Shown: in pieces, positions 61,611 to 64,000 of the stretch | Layout: every line of letters begins with the position of its first letter | Position numbering within the stretch: position 1 is the first letter of the stretch | Origin: Clostridia bacterium | GTDB taxonomy: Bacteria; Bacillota; Clostridia; UMGS1883; UMGS1540 | DNA: 64,000 nucleotides | Assembly (NCBI GenBank): GCA_045533905.1 | Contig: JAZSIR010000016.1 | Location: 9,803 to 73,802, forward strand | Direction of reading: 5' to 3' | Notes under the pieces: generated by a model | What the model was told of the DNA's origin: nothing | Database searches by the model: none | Seen by the model: only the letters and a program-made list of their open reading frames with translations | Made by a program: the position numbers and the translations under genes

Positions 61611-62777
61611 CTACTCCAAAACACGGCCGCCATCGCCGGCGTCCGTTACATAAAATGTGGGGGCATAGCCGATTTTTTCGGTATATGCCTTTTCTACATT
61701 CTGCATAAATTCTTCAACACAGTCGTTTTCTACAAGGCTTACCGTACAGCCACCAAAGCCGGCACCGGTCATACGGGAGCCGAGGCAGCCGCGCTGTGCC
61801 TGCGCCGCATCTACGAGCGTATCCAGTTCGTCACCCGTAACCTCATAAAGGTCACGAAGTGAAGCGTGCGAGGCATCCATAAGCTTACCGAAGCGGGCAA
61901 TATCGTCATTTTTCAAAGCTTCTACCGACTGTTTTACGCGGTCACATTCCATAACTACGTGCAGGGCACGCTTTTTTGCAATGGGGTTCTGAATGACAGA
62001 AGCGTTTTCCTCAAACTCGGCAGGCGAGAGGCAACCGAGGTGTACAAGATTCGGCAAAACGGTCTGTAAATCTGCGAGCGCGGCTTCACATTCGGCGCGG
62101 CGCTCGTTATATTTGCTTGTTACAAGACTGCGCTTTTTATTCGTGTTTGCAATTACGATGCGCACAGAACCGAGCGCGAGGGGGACAAGCTCATAGGAAA
62201 GGTCCTTGCAATCCAGGAAAATCGCGTGGCCTGCCTTGCCCATAGCGGAAGCAAACTGGTCCATAATGCCGCAGGCAACGCCGATGTAGTTGTGCTCAGC
62301 TCTCTGGCCGATAATCGCCATCTGGCACATGTCAGGCGTTTTGCCGGTAGAAAGGTGATAAAGACAAAGCGCCGTAGCCACTTCAATCGCCGCCGAGGAG
62401 GAAAGTCCGCCACCGTGCGGGGTGGTATCGTGGAAAAGAAGGTCGCAGCCGGTGACCGTGATGCCGTCTTTTATAAGCTCTGCCGCAACACCAATCTGGT
62501 AGTTGCCCCAGGAAAGTGTTTTGTAGTCATCAATCTTCGAAAGGTCTGCCTCTACTACAATGTTAAGATCGGTCGCGCGCATACGGATGATGTTATCTTC
62601 TCGTTTGCGGGCGATAATTGTGGTGCCAAGCGTGATGGCCGCGGGGAATACGTAGCCGCCGTTATAGTCAGTGTGTTCACCGATAAGATTTACGCGGCCG
62701 GGCGAAGCGTAAACATAAAGTTCGCCGCCTTCGCCAAAATATTTGCAAAATTCGTTTTTTAGTGTCTGTACATCCAT
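61611..62777 (-). CDS. galK: galactokinase
   Basis: PGRVNLIGEHTDYNGG…, GHMP kinase motif GLSSSAA; start MDVQTLK after GGAGGAGG (ORF track start is too early). Confidence 0.9.
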   Translation of the reverse strand: MDVQTLKNEFCKYFGEGGELYVYASPGRVNLIGEHTDYNGGYVFPAAITLGTTIIARKREDNIIRMRATDLNIVVEADLSKIDDYKTLSWGNYQIGVAAELIKDGITVTGCDLLFHDTTPHGGGLSSSAAIEVATALCLYHLSTGKTPDMCQMAIIGQRAEHNYIGVACGIMDQFASAMGKAGHAIFLDCKDLSYELVPLALGSVRIVIANTNKKRSLVTSKYNERRAECEAALADLQTVLPNLVHLGCLSPAEFEENASVIQNPIAKKRALHVVMECDRVKQSVEALKNDDIARFGKLMDASHASLRDLYEVTGDELDTLVDAAQAQRGCLGSRMTGAGFGGCTVSLVENDCVEEFMQNVEKAYTEKIGYAPTFYVTDAGDGGRVLE

Positions 62778-62779
62778 TC

Positions 62780-63754
62780 TTATGCCTCCTCCTTCGCAAT
62801 AAACTTCTGATATGCGGCACGAAGCTCTTCTGCACGTTCTTCCGGTGCCGTGGGATTGCAATGTGCCCAGGCGCCTGTTTCGCTGGAAGCGTTGAACTTC
62901 TGCTTGTCCTTCGACCGCATCGGCGGGAAGAATTCAATATGGAAGTGGAAGTTTTCGCTGCCTTCAAGATTTACGGGCGCGTTGTGCATACACATCATAT
63001 AGGGGAAGGCATAGTCAAAGAGACAGTCGAGCGTGCCCGCCGTTCTCTTGATGGCTTGCCCTAAAAGAAAGCGTTCTTCTTCCGTGAAATCGGTGATATA
63101 CCGAACACAGCGCTTCGGGGCAATGTACATACCGTACGGATATTCGCAGAAGAAGGGGAGAAAGACCGTGAAGGCTTCGTTCTCAAAGATAATACGTTTT
63201 TCAAATTTCTTTTCTTCCTCGAGCATATCGCAAAGGAGGCAAGCTCCGGTTTCATCCTTATGCATCTTAAAGGATTCTGCTTCCAGTGCCAGCTTTTTGG
63301 GAAGGAAAGAGTAGCCGTAAATCTGGCCGTGCGGGTGGGGCATAGAAACGCCGACCACTTCGCCGCGGTTTTCGAAAATAAAGACGTACTTGATTTTTTC
63401 ATCTTTCGAAAGCGCCTCAAACCGTTCGCACCAAAGGTCCACAAGCTCCTTTACATGGGTGTCGCAAAGTTCAGGGAGCGTTTCCGTATGGTTTTTGGAA
63501 TAGAGAATAACCTCACATTTTCCGTATGCTTCTGCCGTTTTGTAAACGCCGCCTGCTACATCGTCGGGCACGGGCGGGTCCTGGCGGAGCGCCGGGAAAT
63601 CATTATCATATTTGTATACCGTAAAGTCATCCGGCACTTTGCCGCTGCCGGGGCAAAACGGGCACCAGTCCTTCGGCATATTCGGGCGTGCCTGTCTGTG
63701 CGAGGCTATCATCACCCAGTCGCGTGTTAAAGGGTTAAAACGTAATTCAGCCAT
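62780..63754 (-). CDS. galT: galactose-1-phosphate uridylyltransferase (HIT-like type 1)
   Basis: CPFCPG Zn motif, HPHGQIY active-site motif. Confidence 0.9.
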   Translation of the reverse strand: MAELRFNPLTRDWVMIASHRQARPNMPKDWCPFCPGSGKVPDDFTVYKYDNDFPALRQDPPVPDDVAGGVYKTAEAYGKCEVILYSKNHTETLPELCDTHVKELVDLWCERFEALSKDEKIKYVFIFENRGEVVGVSMPHPHGQIYGYSFLPKKLALEAESFKMHKDETGACLLCDMLEEEKKFEKRIIFENEAFTVFLPFFCEYPYGMYIAPKRCVRYITDFTEEERFLLGQAIKRTAGTLDCLFDYAFPYMMCMHNAPVNLEGSENFHFHIEFFPPMRSKDKQKFNASSETGAWAHCNPTAPEERAEELRAAYQKFIAKEEA

Positions 63755-63796
63755 AGTATCACCTTTCTTTTTCTCTTATTTGAAAGTCAATGTATA

Positions 63797-64000
63797 AAAC
63801 ATTACTTTTGTTCACGGATTTTATAAAATTCTTCTTTCCGGCGGAGCACCTCGTCGAATTCGCGGGTGTATCCGTCATCATGCTTGAAATTGAAAACGCG
63901 GACCACTTTGTCCGGGAGAAGCAGGCGGCTTACGCCTCCGGCACCAAGCGCAAAAATGTGCGCACAGTCGGTCATGGTAGCCGTGTTATAGAAAGACGCT
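63797..64000 (-). CDS. 3' end of an unidentified CDS (continues beyond the window)
   Basis: Open frame ending …EVLRRKEEFYKIREQK* with the stop at 63797-63799; product not recognisable from 67 aa. Confidence 0.5.

Noticed and set aside
1-64000. CRISPR arrays, transposases, integrases, toxin-antitoxin pairs, restriction-modification or other defence islands
   Set aside because: Scanning both strands found no short direct-repeat/spacer arrays, no DDE/tyrosine-recombinase-like ORFs and no small two-gene toxin-like cassettes. The window is core-genome in character.

Overview
This 64-kb window looks like chromosomal core DNA from a high-GC (~55-58%) spore-forming Clostridia (Oscillospiraceae/Ruminococcaceae-like) genome. 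Genes are densely packed on both strands, and Shine-Dalgarno sites and rho-independent hairpin terminators are readable throughout. I see no rRNA, tRNA, CRISPR, transposase, integrase or phage genes. I found no complete canonical defence or mobile system.

Recognisable content, in order:
- a PfkB fructokinase (5'-partial), a divergent AraC regulator, and an operon of an archaeal-type triosephosphate isomerase, a single-SIS-domain sugar-phosphate isomerase and a YjbQ-family protein;
- two tandem SH3-NlpC/P60 cell-wall hydrolases;
- tsaD, then a three-gene cluster of unknown function (DUF protein, YtxC-like, lipoprotein with a poly-acidic tail);
- a SpoIVFB-like M50 protease, ppdK, a BNR/Asp-box beta-propeller protein, a YgjV-like membrane protein, a beta-helix protein, a U32 peptidase and a DAG-kinase-like lipid kinase;
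- prs, trmFO, topA, uvrC, ptsH and rpmF;
- purM-purF-purE fused to an AEC transporter, a membrane-anchored polysaccharide deacetylase, an orphan sugar-binding protein and pro-sigma-K (sigK);
- an ABC exporter, an MGMT-domain protein overlapping mutY, then rpoB-rpoC, an L7Ae-like protein, rpsL-rpsG-fusA-tuf and a dCMP deaminase;
- an amino-acid ABC transporter fused to tmcAL, metY, a secreted NodB deacetylase with 5x34-aa tandem repeats, feoAB, a DUF3343 protein plus class-V aminotransferase, ylmC, rnmV, a histidine phosphatase, galK-galT and a 3'-partial CDS.

The most unusual items are the AraC/archaeal-TIM/SIS/YjbQ module, the perfect inverted-repeat operator in the promoter of the BNR gene, the mutY-overlapping mini-MGMT, the repeat-bearing deacetylase, and the sporulation pair pro-sigK/SpoIVFB-like. 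Functions are inferred from motif and family recognition by eye. No database searches were run.
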